Origin: Lama glama
Lineage: Eukaryota
Direction: 5' to 3'
Assembly (NCBI GenBank): GCA_028534125.1
Contig: CM052816.1
Location: forward strand, 83,206,001 to 83,270,000
Length of the DNA: 64,000 nucleotides
Positions 26,861 to 40,320 of this stretch are shown one piece after another; the first letter of the stretch is position 1, and every line of letters starts with the position of its first letter. The notes under the pieces are model-generated. The model did not search any database and was not told the origin of the DNA. It saw nothing but the letters and a program-made list of their open reading frames with translations. The translations under genes were made by a program, and so were the position numbers.

Positions 26861-27345
26861 TGATAGGGCCCTAAGTGTTCCCAAACCTAAAGATGATCCA
26901 GATCACAAATCTCATTTTAGAAGCTGCTTCCTAGGATGACTTCTTTGACCAATTGTTGTAGGTCAGTTTCCCTTGGCAACAGACTCAGAAATGGAGATTT
27001 GTGTGAAGGTTGTTCATTTTGTAGACACCTGACAGAGGTAGGATTGTACAGGGTAGGACTGTGCACGGGAAGAGGTTGAGAACTGGGATGTATGGAGTTC
27101 TCCGCCAATCCTAATTGGATCTCTGAGACCAGGATGGCCATTTACAGGCAAGAAAAAGGACTGCGATGCTTCAACAAATCATTGCCTACTAGCTGCTTCC
27201 TGGGATAAGGTATAACCATGGGAAAGGAAGTTCCTTTTGGCTAAGGGCAGTTCCTGGGTAGGGGCCCAGCTATTACTGTCAGCAGGTATTAATCCCAGCA
27301 CGTGAGAGAATGAGAGTTTCAGTATCAGCAGATGATCTACTGTAT
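26860..27345 (-). mobile_element. LTR16-like ERVL 5' LTR plus start of internal region
   Basis: 'gtcagtttcccttggcaacagactcagaaatggagatttg', 'gccaatcctaattggatctctgagaccaggatggcc', 'ggctaagggcagttcctgg'. The adjacent minus-strand 'ttggtcaaagaagtcatcctaggaagcag' resembles an ERVL primer-binding region. Confidence 0.7.
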
Positions 27346-27784
27346 GTGAATGAGACACATATCAAACCATTTCAAGGCCCCATAGTTGAGCATTAATCTG
27401 GCCTCCCAATTTTTTGTGGAGAATAATTGTATAGCATCCTCTTTAGCATAACTTATTATCATCTTATATATGTAAATACTGTAGGTAAAATTGTATCACT
27501 TGCATTTTTAATGAATAATGCAATTAAGTTTTTATGTGTTAATTAATCCTTAGTCATCCTTTAAAAAAATTAATATTTTTAATTTGAGGGACCCAGCTTT
27601 TAATTGGCTAAAAGATCTTATAGTTAATTAACTAGAAGACTTTATACTCTTACACTTAATTGACTAAAATAACTTCTACTCTTTTTCACAAGCTAAGCAC
27701 ATTGAAAATTCATTCATAGTCTTTCCAAACCCCAAATAAAATTGTCAAACTGGCTTGTATAATTATGCAAATTGATTTTCTATT

Positions 27785-28480
27785 ATTGATCACTCAGGTT
27801 GGAAATCTTAAAGAATTTTTAAACATTCACTCTTTTTCCTCATGCTCATAGAGTCAGAATTTATCATCAGTTTTACTTACTGTTGGCTTCTCATTTCTTC
27901 ATCACTCTTCTTTGGTCTTTACTCAGTCCATCTGTCCTAGTGCAATTTCTTTGAAATTAGTGTTTTGTTTTATTTTGTTTTTTTAACTCTCAGTCTCTCT
28001 TATCAATTACTGGTAAATAGATTTATGAAATTTTCTTCTGAAAACACTCTTCGGTACCAAGAAACCTGAACTATTTCTATTGGTATATAGAATATATTAC
28101 TGTCAACTAACCATAGAATTCAAGGTTCTTTAAAATAGAACTGAACCTTCCTCTCCGGCTTTTGCTCATGTTTTTTCGTGCAGATTGTGTTTTTCAGCCA
28201 AGTCAACCTCTGTATGTTTTACTCATCCTACCCTCTGCCTTTGTCCATGCTTGTTACCTCTGGCAGAAATATCCCTTTGAACATACTCCCTTCCCTGCAG
28301 AAAATGTCATAATTGTCTCCTTAGTCAGACGTTAATTTGTTTCCTTTGTATCTCATAGCACTTTAAAAATTTTGATCTTGTTTATCAACATTCTTATCTT
28401 ACTGTAGTTTTATATGCATGCCTTTATCTTTTGTCAGAATGTTACTTTCCTGTGAGTTGAAATGTATCAATTTCCATTCA
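27785..28480 (+). mobile_element. L2 3' region (decayed)
   Basis: 'cactcaggttggaaatctta', 'ctctgcctttgtccatgcttgttacctctggcagaaat', 'ctttgtatctcatagcacttta'. Confidence 0.55.
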
Positions 28481-29169
28481 TACATATATATATATATAGC
28501 ATATAGTATACACATATACATAGTGTGTGTGTGTATATATATATGTATACAGTATAACTTTTAATCTTTATTTGTTGCTAATCAAAGGAGACATTGCATA
28601 ATTGTGTAGTTTTTTTTTAAGTTATTCTTCTGATGTTGATAAATGACAATATAATATTGACATTTCTGCTCTTTAAATGGAAAGATTTCAGTAACCATTA
28701 CACCATTACATACATAGAGAGGGATTGGTAGTTGAAATAATCTATTAGTTAGAAGACATAGATAAATGCCAAATAAAACCACAGCAGAGAGAATCTTAAA
28801 ATTGAAAATAGGCAAGACAAACACATACACTGTTTTGTAATGTGTACAAGTAAGTGTTGCTAGTCTTCTGAATGCATTTCTCAAAGTAAAGGGAGCTTTT
28901 TATTGAAATGCCATTGGCATTCATATTTCAGGAATCTTTAATTGGAGTTAACTATACTTATTTTGTGACCAAACCATATTAGCCATTGTTTAAAAGGTTA
29001 GAGTTCAAATCACTTAATGAAGAAATGCCACAGAAATACAAGTTTCTGAAGTGTAATTCATGTAGGTACATGTGTACGTATGCTTGGAAATATAAGAGTA
29101 GTTTAAATGTAAATCCTGATATTGCTGGATTGAAGTAAAAGATTTTTTTTTAATAAAGAAGACAAACAC

Positions 29170-32100
29170 CTCACAGTGGTATTCATTTTTTAAAATATTC
29201 TCTAAATACAAGTCCCTCATCAGATACATGTTTTACAAGTGCTTTCTCTAGTTGATGAAGGGTTATCATCTCATTTTCTTACTGGTGTCTTTCGAAAAGT
29301 ATCTTTACACTTTATCTTTTTATGGTTAATGTTTTATATATCCTAAGAAAATTCTGCCCAACCATTGAGTACAAAAATATTTTTCCTATGTTTTAGAAGT
29401 TTTTAGTTTTAAATTTTACTGATTCTATGATCCTATTAGAGATAAATTTTTGTATATTATATAAGACATGGATTGACTCAGTTTCATTTTTTTTAAACAC
29501 GGGTATCCAACAGTTCCAAAGTGAAAAAAAGAATTGTTTTATGATTTGACTACACTATATGTTTTGTTAAAAAATCAATTAAACATATATGTGTATACCT
29601 ATTTCTGAGCTCTCTGTCAATTTTGATGTATAATTATATCTTTATAGTTTTATAAAACTAAAACTTATTATGATAACTCTTGAAATTAGATGTTGTGAGT
29701 CCTGTAAATGTGATGTTTATTTTCAAAAGAGCTTGGCCTTTTTATAAGTTCTTTACATAATCCATATGCGTTATAATATCATCTTATTAATCCTTACAAA
29801 AGAAATTTCTTGACATTTTGATTGGAATTAAAATGAACTGATGGAATTATTTGTTGATAATTGATATTTTAATAATATTAGATCTTCTGATCTATTAGTA
29901 TTATATATTTTCTCATTTAGGTCCTCAGTGTCTGCAGCAATGTTATACATAATTTTTATGTACAAAACTTTGCCATGTTTTAAATTTATCTATGACTGTT
30001 TCATGTTTTTGATGCAATTGCAAATGGTTAAATTTTACATATTTTGTTATAGGTTTATAAAAATACATTTTTTGTTCACTTAGTAAACTTCTACCTGATA
30101 CATTTATTTATTAGTTCAGATAACATTTTTGAGTATCATTAATGTCATTCTACATAAAAGATAATGCTCTCTGCACATAAAGAGAGTTTAATTTCTTTCT
30201 TCCAAAGCTATAAGCTTTTATTTCTTTTTTTCTCACACTGGTTAGAAAATTATGTACAATATTATATACAACCGTTAAGAAAAACATTCTTTGCTTGTTC
30301 CTGATCTTAGTGGAGAGAGACTTCATCTTTTATCAGTAGAAATGATACTAGCTATAGGTGTTAGCAGGTAGAGGATATTCCCTTTAATTCTTAGCTTGCT
30401 GAATATTTTTATCATAAATGGGTATTAATTTTTTTGTCTTTTTTTCTATTTTCCTTTCATTTATATTTTGGTTTTATTTTTCTACATTTATTTATTGTTT
30501 AAATTACTATTTTTAGTGTCTTAGATTAAGATACTGATTTTATATGTATTTTCCTTTTTAAATATACATATTCGATGCTATAATATATATAGTTAAGGAT
30601 ATATATATTACATATATATATATATATATTTTACTTGCTACAATTGTTTGTTTTTTCCCATATTGACTTTTTTTTCCCAAGAGTTTTTGTCTTACCATGC
30701 TTTTGTTTTTAATTAAAGTATAGTTAGTTTACAATGTGTCGATTTCTGGTGTACAGCATGTTTCAGTCATACTTATACATACATATATTCATTTTCATAT
30801 TCTTTATTATAGATTACTACAAGATGTTGAATATAGTTCCCTGTGTTATATAGAAGAACTTGTTCATCTATTTTATATATACTAGTTAGTATTTGCAAAT
30901 GTCAGACTTCCAATTTATCCCTTCCTACCCTTCTTTCCCCCTGGTAACCATAAGATTGTTTACTATGTCTGTGAGTCAGTGTCTTTTTGTAGATAAATTC
31001 ATTAGTATCTTCTTTTTTTCAATTCCACATATGAGTGTTATCATATAATAATGCTATATATTTTTTAAATGACAACATTAACTTCTTCCCACACATTTTG
31101 ATTTCTGTTTTCATTTTCAGTTTCATTAAAATGCATTCCAATATGCCATCATTCACCAATCTGTATTTAGAAGCATGTTATTTAATAGCCAAAACTTTGG
31201 GGATTTTTCAGTATCTTCTGTTGATTCCTAGTATATTTTCACTGTGGTAACAGGAATATTCTATTTCATGCATTTCATATTTACTGAAATATAGTTTAAG
31301 GCTCAGAAGATGGTCTGTGATCTATGTGTATACAAAACAAATGTGCAGCTTTTGCTAGAGTGCTGTTAGTTGGTATTGTTCAAATCATACTTAAATTTTT
31401 TTGCCTGTTTGTTTTATCAATTAACGTGAGAGGAATATTGAAAGTCTCTAACTATTTATGGCCTTATCTATTTCTCTTTTCAGTCCAATCAGTTTTTCTT
31501 TCATGTACTTCTAAATTTTCTTTTTGGTGCATACATAATCAGAATTTTGCATGTCTTCTGGCTGAAGTAAGCCCTTTATCATATATTACTCTTTATATTT
31601 ATGTTATATTTACTGTCCTGAAATCTTGTTTGCTTGATGTTTGTTCAACCTCTCCACGTTTCCTTGGATTGTATCTGTATGGTTATCTTTTTATATTCTA
31701 TTACTTTTAGCAATGTCTTACTTAAAATAGGTTTATTTAAATAGCTTATAGTTGTATCTGACCTATACATTTAGTCTCACAAACCTTTTTAGAGTGTTTA
31801 GACAATTTATGTTAAATATAAAAATCATTAGGGTTTGGCTTAAATCTAGATTCTTGCTGGCTATTGTCTGTTTCTCCCTGCTTTAATTTTTCTTCTGCAA
31901 TCCCCTTATTAGCTATATTTCCTTGTCTACATTTTTATTACTTACTCCAAGGTTTACTTATCACAGTCATAGATAGTATTACTACATATGTTATAAATTA
32001 AGAAACATATTATAACTGTTTGCTTTCAAACAATCATCTTATATAAATAGATTAAAAATGAGAATTTTTTTTTGTATTTGCCCACATACACCTATTTGTT

Positions 32101-33590
32101 TACATTCCTTATGCTCTTAATTGTTTAATGCAAATACAAATTTTATCTGGGATATTTTATCTCCTTTTTCAAAGGATTTGCTTTAACTTCTTTTAATTCA
32201 TGTCTATAATGATTAATTAGCTCAGATTTTGTTACTCAAATAGTCTTACTTCAACTTTATTTTTGAATAATATATTTGATAAGTATTGAATAATGGGTTA
32301 ACAGATTTTCTTTCCTTCTTTCAGTGACTTAAAGATGGTATTTAATTTTTTTCTCTCATCAATTTGATTTGTATGAGAAATACGTTACAGTTATCTTTGC
32401 TCCTTGTATGTAATATATCATTCTTTTTCTGGCTACCTTTATGAATTTGATCTTTATGAATGGATATTTATAATTAGATTATGATATTTACCTTATGTTT
32501 CTTTTATTTGGGCTTCATCGAATTTCTCGAATCTGTGGCTTTATAAATTTTATTAAATTTGGAAAATTTTTGCCAAGATATCTTCAGGTGCTTTTCTGCC
32601 CTGCCACTTTTTTTTTTTTTGTCCCAGGGCAATTTAAAGATCTTTTAATTATTTTCAGTCTTTTTCTATTTTTGATTTTTTTTTTGCAGTATCTAATCTG
32701 CTTTTATCTGATCATTTTTAAAATTTCAGATATTGTATTTTTAATCTCTAGAAATTCTATTTATTTTTATATCTTCTATTTCTTTCCTCATTATATATAT
32801 AATTTCCTTTGTATATTGAATATATTTAAAAGATCATTGTTATAAGATCCTGTTCTGTTCTAGTTTCACGACTCTTATTTCTGTATCTTTCTATGATCTT
32901 AATTCTCTTATGAATCCCATTTTCCTGTTTTTTTGCGTGCTGAGTAAAATTTAACTAGAAACTAGAAATTCTAAGTTTTACATTATTGGCGTATTGAATT
33001 TTGCTGTATTTCTTCAAAGTGTATTGTATTTTTTTTATGCCTGGAAGTTCATTTCCACACCCTTGTGGCTTGCTTTAAGCTGTGCTATGACAGGTTCCAA
33101 ACAGTTCTTATTCTTGAGTTAATTTCTCTTTGTCTTACAATAAGCAATTCTGGAGACTCCAAATGGATGCATGACAACATCTCTTTGCTTGGTCTACTGT
33201 GAAACACATCTATTCAAAGCCTCCTGTGAATTCTGATCTTTGTCCTACTTTTTTCAAGGAGTTAGTTCCTCAGTGATAAGTCTTAGGAAGTTTTCTCCCA
33301 CTCATGTGCAACATTTTTTTTTTCCATGCAACTCCATTTCTGGTGTCCTTCCCAGTCTGAAGTCCAACCTCCTTCCTTAACTCAGTGAGTCTCTTTTTTG
33401 ACCCCTCTGAGCTGTGGCCTGGAAACTGCCTTCAGGCGGGACACTGGGGGTAATTACTGGCTTCTCCTCATTTGTTTTCCTTCTCTCACTGGTCACAATC
33501 TTGAGTTGCTTGTAGTCCAAAGTATGGAAATGGTTATTTAATATACTCAGTCCTTGAAGTTGTTTACCATAGGAGGACAACTCCATTAAA
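29170..33590 (-). mobile_element. Old L1M with internal deletions (ORF2, ORF1 and 5' region remnants)
   Basis: Antisense ORF2 at 29.2-30.4 and 31.1-31.9 kb; ORF1-like 'aaatttggaaaatttttgcca' at 32.55 kb; L1M 5'-region motif 'gctgtggcctggaaactgcc...ctcatttgttttccttctctca' at 33.4-33.5 kb. Confidence 0.75.
30700..31047 (-). mobile_element. Young (camelid-type) L1 3'-end fragment nested in old L1
   Basis: 'aattaaagtatagttagtttacaatgtgtcgatttctggtgtacagcatgtttcagtcatac...tactacaagatgttgaatatagttccctgtg'; related to the copies at 34.75 and 43.49 kb. Confidence 0.9.
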
Positions 33591-33629
33591 ATTCACCTTC
33601 TTTTTAAAATATTTCTTTGTCTTAGATTT

Positions 33630-34240
33630 TCAGGGTCACTGCCATGCTTCCAGTTGCTAAAACTTTGGTCACTGTTTTGAATATCCTCTTTCTACATACC
33701 TCCAGTTCTACCTTTTGCCTGTACCTCTCAGCAGCTTCCAAAATGGCCTTTTCTTCCACTCTGGCTTCCAAGTCCATTTTGCACTCTTCTCAAAACTTCC
33801 TACTAGATCTAGGATTAGATAAAATTTATTCATGAAATTTACATGATTTAGCCCCAGTCTAGCTTTCCTAGTCAATATTTGCCAATTCTTGCCCCTATTC
33901 CATAATCTCCAACTGCCCTCAGTGTACTTCTGCATGGAATGGTTGTCTGGACATAACCCAGTGTTGAAACCTTCTGGTCATTTTGCACTCATTTCAATTA
34001 CCTCCTCCACAGAAAGAACGTTCCCAACTACCTGATCAAGCTTCTTCCTCTTCTCAGCCGTTCTTTTCAATTGTCTCATCATGTTAGGATACATTTTTAT
34101 TATTCAAATTAAATTGTGCATTATTTTTTCTTATTATTGTTTGCATTCCCTACCAGAAGGTAATTTCTATGAGGAAAACTTCCATATTCACTTTTGTAGC
34201 CCTAATACCTAGGGAAGTCCCTGGCTCATTCACATTTATC
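33630..34240 (+). mobile_element. L2 3' region (decayed)
   Basis: 'cttccagttgctaaaactttggtcac', 'tggcttccaagtccattttgcac', 'ttcacttttgtagccctaatacctagggaagtccctggctca'. Confidence 0.6.
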
Positions 34241-34655
34241 TTAAAATTTTGGACAACATTACCGTAGCCAAATCAGTGGCAGAAAATGCTTGACCATCTC
34301 ATTGCATTGAGGGAGGCTGCCCACCGAAACAACCATGAGACAACTCACCAAACAAATTAAAAATGGATTATATTATTTTGGGAAACACTGGCTTTTAAGA
34401 GTAATGTAATACAGCAGACTTTAATATGACTCAAAGAAAAGTGGGATTATTTATAAGAGTGAGAACAGCCTCCGTTGTACTGAAAAGTTAACTCAAAATC
34501 CTGTTTTCTTGAAAACTGCTATAGGAAGATTGATTTGGGATTCTGAGTCCAAAAACCCCTATCTTAAGCTCTGATCCTTGGTGGTAAATTAAGACAACTT
34601 CTTTTCAAACTTATTTTGGTCTTCCAGTCAAGATTGGAATGTTTCTTTTATTTTC

Positions 34656-34741
34656 TTTTTTTTTTTTCACCAGTAGCCAATGTTTATTTAGAGCTTATTC
34701 TATTAGTGACACTAAAGCAATTTACATATTCAGGTTCATAG
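34656..34741 (-). other. L1 3' transduction (74 bp) with second poly(A)
   Basis: Non-L1 segment 34668-34741 lies between two poly(T) runs; minus-strand AATAAA (tttatt at 34683-34688) sits 15 nt upstream of the distal poly(A) (T12 at 34656-34667). Confidence 0.8.
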
Positions 34742-36173
34742 TTTTTTTTTTTAATTGCATTATAGTCAGTTTACAATGTTGTGTCAATTTCTGGTGTACA
34801 GGACAGTTCTTCAGTCCTACATGAATATACATATATCGTTTTCATATTCTTTCTCACTGTGAGCTACAAGATCTTGGCTATATTTCTCTGGGCTATACAG
34901 TATAAATTTGTTTATCTATTCTGTATATATCTGTCAGTATCTATAAATCTCAAACTCCCAGTCTGTCCCTACATACTTCCCTCCCCTCTGGCAACTACAA
35001 GTTTGTATTCTATGTCTCTGAGTCTGTTTCTGTTTTATATTTAAGTTCATTTGTCTTCTGGGTTTTTTGTTTGTTTTTTTAGATTCCACATATGAGTGAT
35101 ATCATATGGTATTTTTCTTTCTCTTTCTGGCTAACTTCACTTAGAATGACATTCTCCAGGGACATCCATGCTGCTGCAAAGGGCATTATGTTGTCATTTT
35201 TATGGCTGAATAGTATTCCATTGTATAAATATACCACATCTTTATCCGGTCATCTGTGATGGACATTTAGGTTGTTTCCATGTCTTGGCTATTGTAAATA
35301 GTGATGCTATGAACATTGGGGTGCAGGTGTCTTTTTGAATTAGGGTTCCTTCTGGATATGTGCCAAGGAGTGGGATTACTGGGTCATATGGTAAGTCTAT
35401 TCCTAGTCTTTTGAGGAATCGCCATACTATTTTCCACAATGGCTGCACCAAACTGCATTCCCAGCAATGGTGTAGGAAGTTTCGCTTTTCTCCACAGCCT
35501 CTCCAGCATTTGTCATTTGTGGACTTTGGAATGATGGACATCTGACTGGTGTGAGGTGATACCACATTGTAGTTTTGATTTGCATTTCTCTGATAATTAG
35601 TAATATTGAGCATATTTTCACATGCCTATTGATCATTCATATGTCTTCACTGGAGAATTTCTTGTTTAGGTTTTCTGCCCATTTTTGTATTGGGTTGTTT
35701 GCTTTTATCCTATTAAGTTGTATGAGCTGTTTATATATTCTGGAGATAAAGCCTTTGTTAGTCTCATCTTTTGCAAATACTTTCTCCCATGTCGTTTTGT
35801 TTTGCTTATGGTTTCCTTTGATGTGCAAAAGCTTGTAGTTTAATTAGGTCCCATTGTTTATTTTTGCTTTTATTTCTATGTCTTGGGTAGACTGCCCTAG
35901 AAGAACATTGCTGAGATGTATGTGAGATAATGTTTTGCCTATATTTTCTCCTAGGAGGTTTATTGTGTCTTGTCTTATGTTTAAGTCTTTAATCCATTTT
36001 TTAGTTTAATTTTGTGTATGGTGTAAGGGAGTGTTCTAGCTTCACTGATTTACATGCTGCTGTCCAGTTTTCCCAACATCATTTGCTGAAGAGACTGTCT
36101 TTATTCCACTGTATGTTCTTGCCTCCTTTGTCAAAGATTAATTGACCAAAAGTTTGTAGGTTCATTTCTGGGC
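34742..36173 (-). mobile_element. Young 5'-truncated L1 (camelid-type), ~1.43 kb
   Basis: T11 tail at 34742-34752, then 3' UTR and ORF2 C-terminus (ORF track: 'KCWRGCGEK...[39 protein letters not shown]...TCTPMFIASLFTIAKTWKQPKCPS'). Confidence 0.95.
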
Positions 36174-36767
36174 TTCTCATTCTTAAGGGTATAATTTCAA
36201 ATATCAATTTTTATGATATCCTGTAATTTTAGACAACAGAATTTCCCAGTGACTTAAAAAGCAGTATTTTCTCAAAGACAAAAAGAAAGAAAAGGTAGTG
36301 AGGATGCTACAATACTTTGAGCTGCAGCATCTGTGGGAGAAATATTTCCTGTAAGAGTGTAGTTGGCTTTGTGTGCCTGTTACTACAGCTTGAGGAATGC
36401 CTGGGCAGATTTACTTTCTCTGTCTGAATTGACCATTATTTTCTCAATATTGGTAAATAACAGAATGAATACTATAATTCACAAAGAAAATTTTGAAGTG
36501 GTAGTACTGGTACTATACAGACCTTAAAACTAAATTTCAACTGTATAATAATAATGAATGTAAATTCAAATACTGGAGAGTGAAATATCAATAACAATAT
36601 AAACAAACTAAAAATTTTAAAATTCTGATCAGTGCAATATTGCATAAATTATATGAGTAGCAATATGTATAATATGAGTACTAATTATATAGCTCTAGAA
36701 AAATTAAAATTAACTTGATACTTTAAAAAGGATTACTGGCCATAAAGTGATTAATACTCTTTGCCAG

Positions 36768-36769
36768 AC

Positions 36770-36821
<52 letters not shown>
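36768..36821 (+). repeat. (CA)n microsatellite with one interruption
   Basis: Direct observation. Confidence 0.98.
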
Positions 36822-36825
<4 letters not shown>

Positions 36826-39800
36826 CCCTTTATCTTCTTTTTTTTTTTTGTGAAAGACACAGTAGCCATTAGAATAAGAATTAATTCAGAATGTAAACAA
36901 TACACATAAATTGTATATTCATATAGAGAATACACTCAATATATTCTCATATATATGAGACTTGATATAGCTTGCTATGACATATAGGCAGTAAATGAAA
37001 AGAGCCAACATGTAAAATTAGATGTACAAAATTAACTCTTCTGCCACATTGCTCTCCTTTATTCATTTTATGTCTGTTACACTTATAGTACAGTTTGAAT
37101 TGAAAATAAAAGGAAAGAAAGAAATTAAATACTTAAATTGTCAAAAATACACTGAAGCTAAATTTGTGGGCCAAATCTATAAGAGAATGTGAGAGATTTC
37201 TGTTTCTTTCATTTGCTTTCATGGGTACAAAGTCACATTAAGTAACAGTCATACCTCCATGTTGTTGCCACCTTCCCTGCAGTGAATGTCTTTTGTGCTG
37301 CTTTTCTAAAGATTTTATAGTCACATGGGAGTTCAATGTCAAAGAGCCCAAGTTCACTATTTTGTTTATTCATTTATGTATTTTTTTTATTATTTGCTTT
37401 CTTCAAAGGCAATGAGAAAATAATGATAAGAATAAAACATGAACAATAACTGTCTGTGGGCTTGAAAACATGAACTGCTTTTTATACATTATCTAAAATC
37501 TTGACAACTGTCCAAAGTAGTGCTACTTGGCACATAATGATACATGGCACAGACATAAAGTATCTCTGGCAGTAAGTACACTACCAAAAAAAAAGAGAGA
37601 AAATAGTTATTTGCTAAACCAGCTACATGCATTAATTTAAGAGTTTGAGCAAACAACACAAGTAAATGATATCCACCACACCAAACTTTTAAGTGTTACC
37701 ATTAAATACAAGCTGTCAGTTCCAGTACATTTTTGTTGGTATCATTTAAAGTCAGCATTTCTTTTCGGAAAGTTGCAAGTGGTTTAGAAAGGAAAACTTC
37801 AAACAATTAAAAGCTGATTAAAAAATACTAAATATTTTTATTTTCTGATTCTTTCTTTCATAAAATCAATCTTTTTCTTCCAATCATAAATTACAAAAGA
37901 AAGATGAGAGTCAGAAATACAAATATAAACACATCAGCTTTATCATTGATAGAGCGGATGCTAAGAGACTTAGCCGTGGGAAAACAATGGTCCACCTCAT
38001 AGAGAATCCTAACATTGGATTCATTCTGCCTCAGGCAGCACTGAACAACCACAGTTCTCTCCCAGCGAGGGGGTTGGGGGGACCATCAGACTGTGTGCAT
38101 CTGGAGAGCAAATGGAAGGAAGAGAAGTCTGAGTTAAGACTATACAGTTGCTGGTTTTGTGTTCATTTTTTGATTTAACCAAAATCACGATCAGATTAAT
38201 TACTCCCCCTTCTAGGGGAGAGAAAATAGAGAAAGCAAGGAGATCTTTCTCTGCCCACCAATGCCAAACAGGATCCGATCACATCTCAGCCTTGCCTGCA
38301 ACACTAAGCTAAATTGAACATGTGTAGCTCAATGTCAAGCTGTGTCACAGCCAAGAAACACATAGTCTGCAACTTTATTTAGGACATTACAGATCAGCTA
38401 GAGCTAGCACCTGCTGCTCTGCCTGAAGTTAAGGAAAAAAAAAAAAAAAGGAGAGCCAGCCTTAAATAGAGACACACTAAAGTTATTGCCAAGATTATAA
38501 TTTTCGTGCAGTATCAAAGGCGAATGCCACATACCCATTCTACACCCAACCAGACACGATATCAGTCATTGTAAATTGTGGAGGTAAAAATAAACAATCA
38601 GAACTAAAACCAGTAAACCAACAAATCTCCTGGTTCTAGTACTATAGCGTTAAAGTTTAAAGTCATGTGGCTATGCTGCTCAAAAAATAAAAAAATAAAG
38701 TCACCTACCTTGGTTATGCCAGAGACTAGTTCTGTTAATTATATTTGCATCTTCAGTTTACTATTTCTCAAGATTCCAGTTGAGTTAGCAGATGGTGCTT
38801 TGAAAATGTTCCCAATAAATTATGGCTCTGTTCCCCAACTCAGTTCTAAATCAATTGAGGGTCAGCCAAAAGAGTCAGTCAATGGGAGACAAAAATATCA
38901 GTTTTCTCATAGAAGAGACTTAAGAAAATAGGGCTTAGATGCATGACAAGAATGAGGTGTCTAATGTGGAATCCTCATGTTAGACACAACCCCCCATTGG
39001 CAGGTCACACTGGGACACCTCATGCTTCACTCTGGATAAAGGAACTGCTTTTACCATCAATCTTAGGACAGATCAGGGCACATAGTCTCTGCGTGTCGAC
39101 TTATTCAGAAGGGAGAGAGAGAGAAGTTCAAAGCTCCTAACCCCAAACTTACTACAGAGAAAATTCGCTTCTCTTCAACTAAGATAAATTGAATAAAGAA
39201 GGATTGAGAGCCCAAAAAGCCAGAGGAAAGGAGTTTTTGTCTGTATCTCTTTGACATGTTATGTTCATAATTCACTTGATCACATGAATGATAATCTTTA
39301 TTTTGACCTTTAGCTTGAAATAACACATCCTAAAGTCTATTATAATTATGTATCTATTATTGATTTAAAAAAAAGAAAGAAACTATGGAAGTAAATGTGC
39401 ACTCTTCAGCTCGTGAAATACCTCATAAACCTCTCCAAATGCTTATATAATACTGAAAAGAGAAAACAGTATCGTATTTTGAGGGGGAAAATGCAACAAT
39501 ATGATGCTCCCTTCAGGGAAAATGAAAAACTGTTAGAAACAGCAAAGGCCAAAAACACTAAGCAACCAGTTATTAGAATTATTTATCACTTGAACTTGCG
39601 GTAGAAAAATCTACTTCCTGTAGAGATATAAGAATTTCAGTCACAGAACTAATGTCCTGAGAATTCATTTGATTTACTCTAAAATCTCAGAAAATTGGGC
39701 AGATTTTTAAAGTGTTTAAGCCAGGATAAACTGTATCAGGTTGTTTCTTTTAGATAAAATACAGAGATATAGTACTTTTCAGTCACAGGTCAGGACTTAA

Positions 39801-40189
39801 CTAGTAAGTAATCAATTTATATTTTAGCCTAACTATATATACTCTTTTAAAAAATATTAGAACTGATGTGATTGATACTCAGTGTGCGTGTATGTGTAGC
39901 CACCTTTGTTATTCATCTTTTTTGTATACCTGGCAGCCTCATGAATAATGTCTGACTGGTTTATCATTTTTACTTATGCCTTTATCTTTCTTTTCTTTTT
40001 TTTTTTTATCATTTTGGGTGCTTTTTTCTTTAATGATTCAACAATTTAAATATGATGAATAATTTTCATTTAATGCATATCCTTTTTGTTCACTTTCTAT
40101 TAATTAGCAATATAGTTGTAAACATTGTTGCTTAAAACTGCATACAAAAATTTACAAGGTTATACAAAATTTTATGACCACAAATGCCG

Positions 40190-40320
40190 ATGTTAAGAAT
40201 GAATAAAATACCCCTACATCAATAACTTAAAATACCACCTTAAGAAAGTATAAGACAAGTACAAATTAAACCCAAAGAGAAAATGATAAAGATTGAAGAG
40301 GAATAATGTAAATGAAGATT
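40190..40320 (+). mobile_element. Old L1 ORF2 fragment
   Basis: 'atcaataacttaaaataccaccttaagaaagta...aaattaaacccaaag...aatgataaagatt'. Confidence 0.55.

Larger units (their letters stand above)
34262..36447. mobile_element. Possible old ERV LTR split by the L1 at 34656-36173 (parts 34262-34645 and 36174-36447)
   Basis: LTR-like composition on both sides that appears to read through across the L1 insertion; family not recognised. Confidence 0.3.

Noticed and set aside
35242..35828. ORFs with clear protein similarity (Cys-rich C-terminus)
   Set aside because: Frameshifted L1 ORF2p C-terminal fragments of a 5'-truncated copy, not a host gene.
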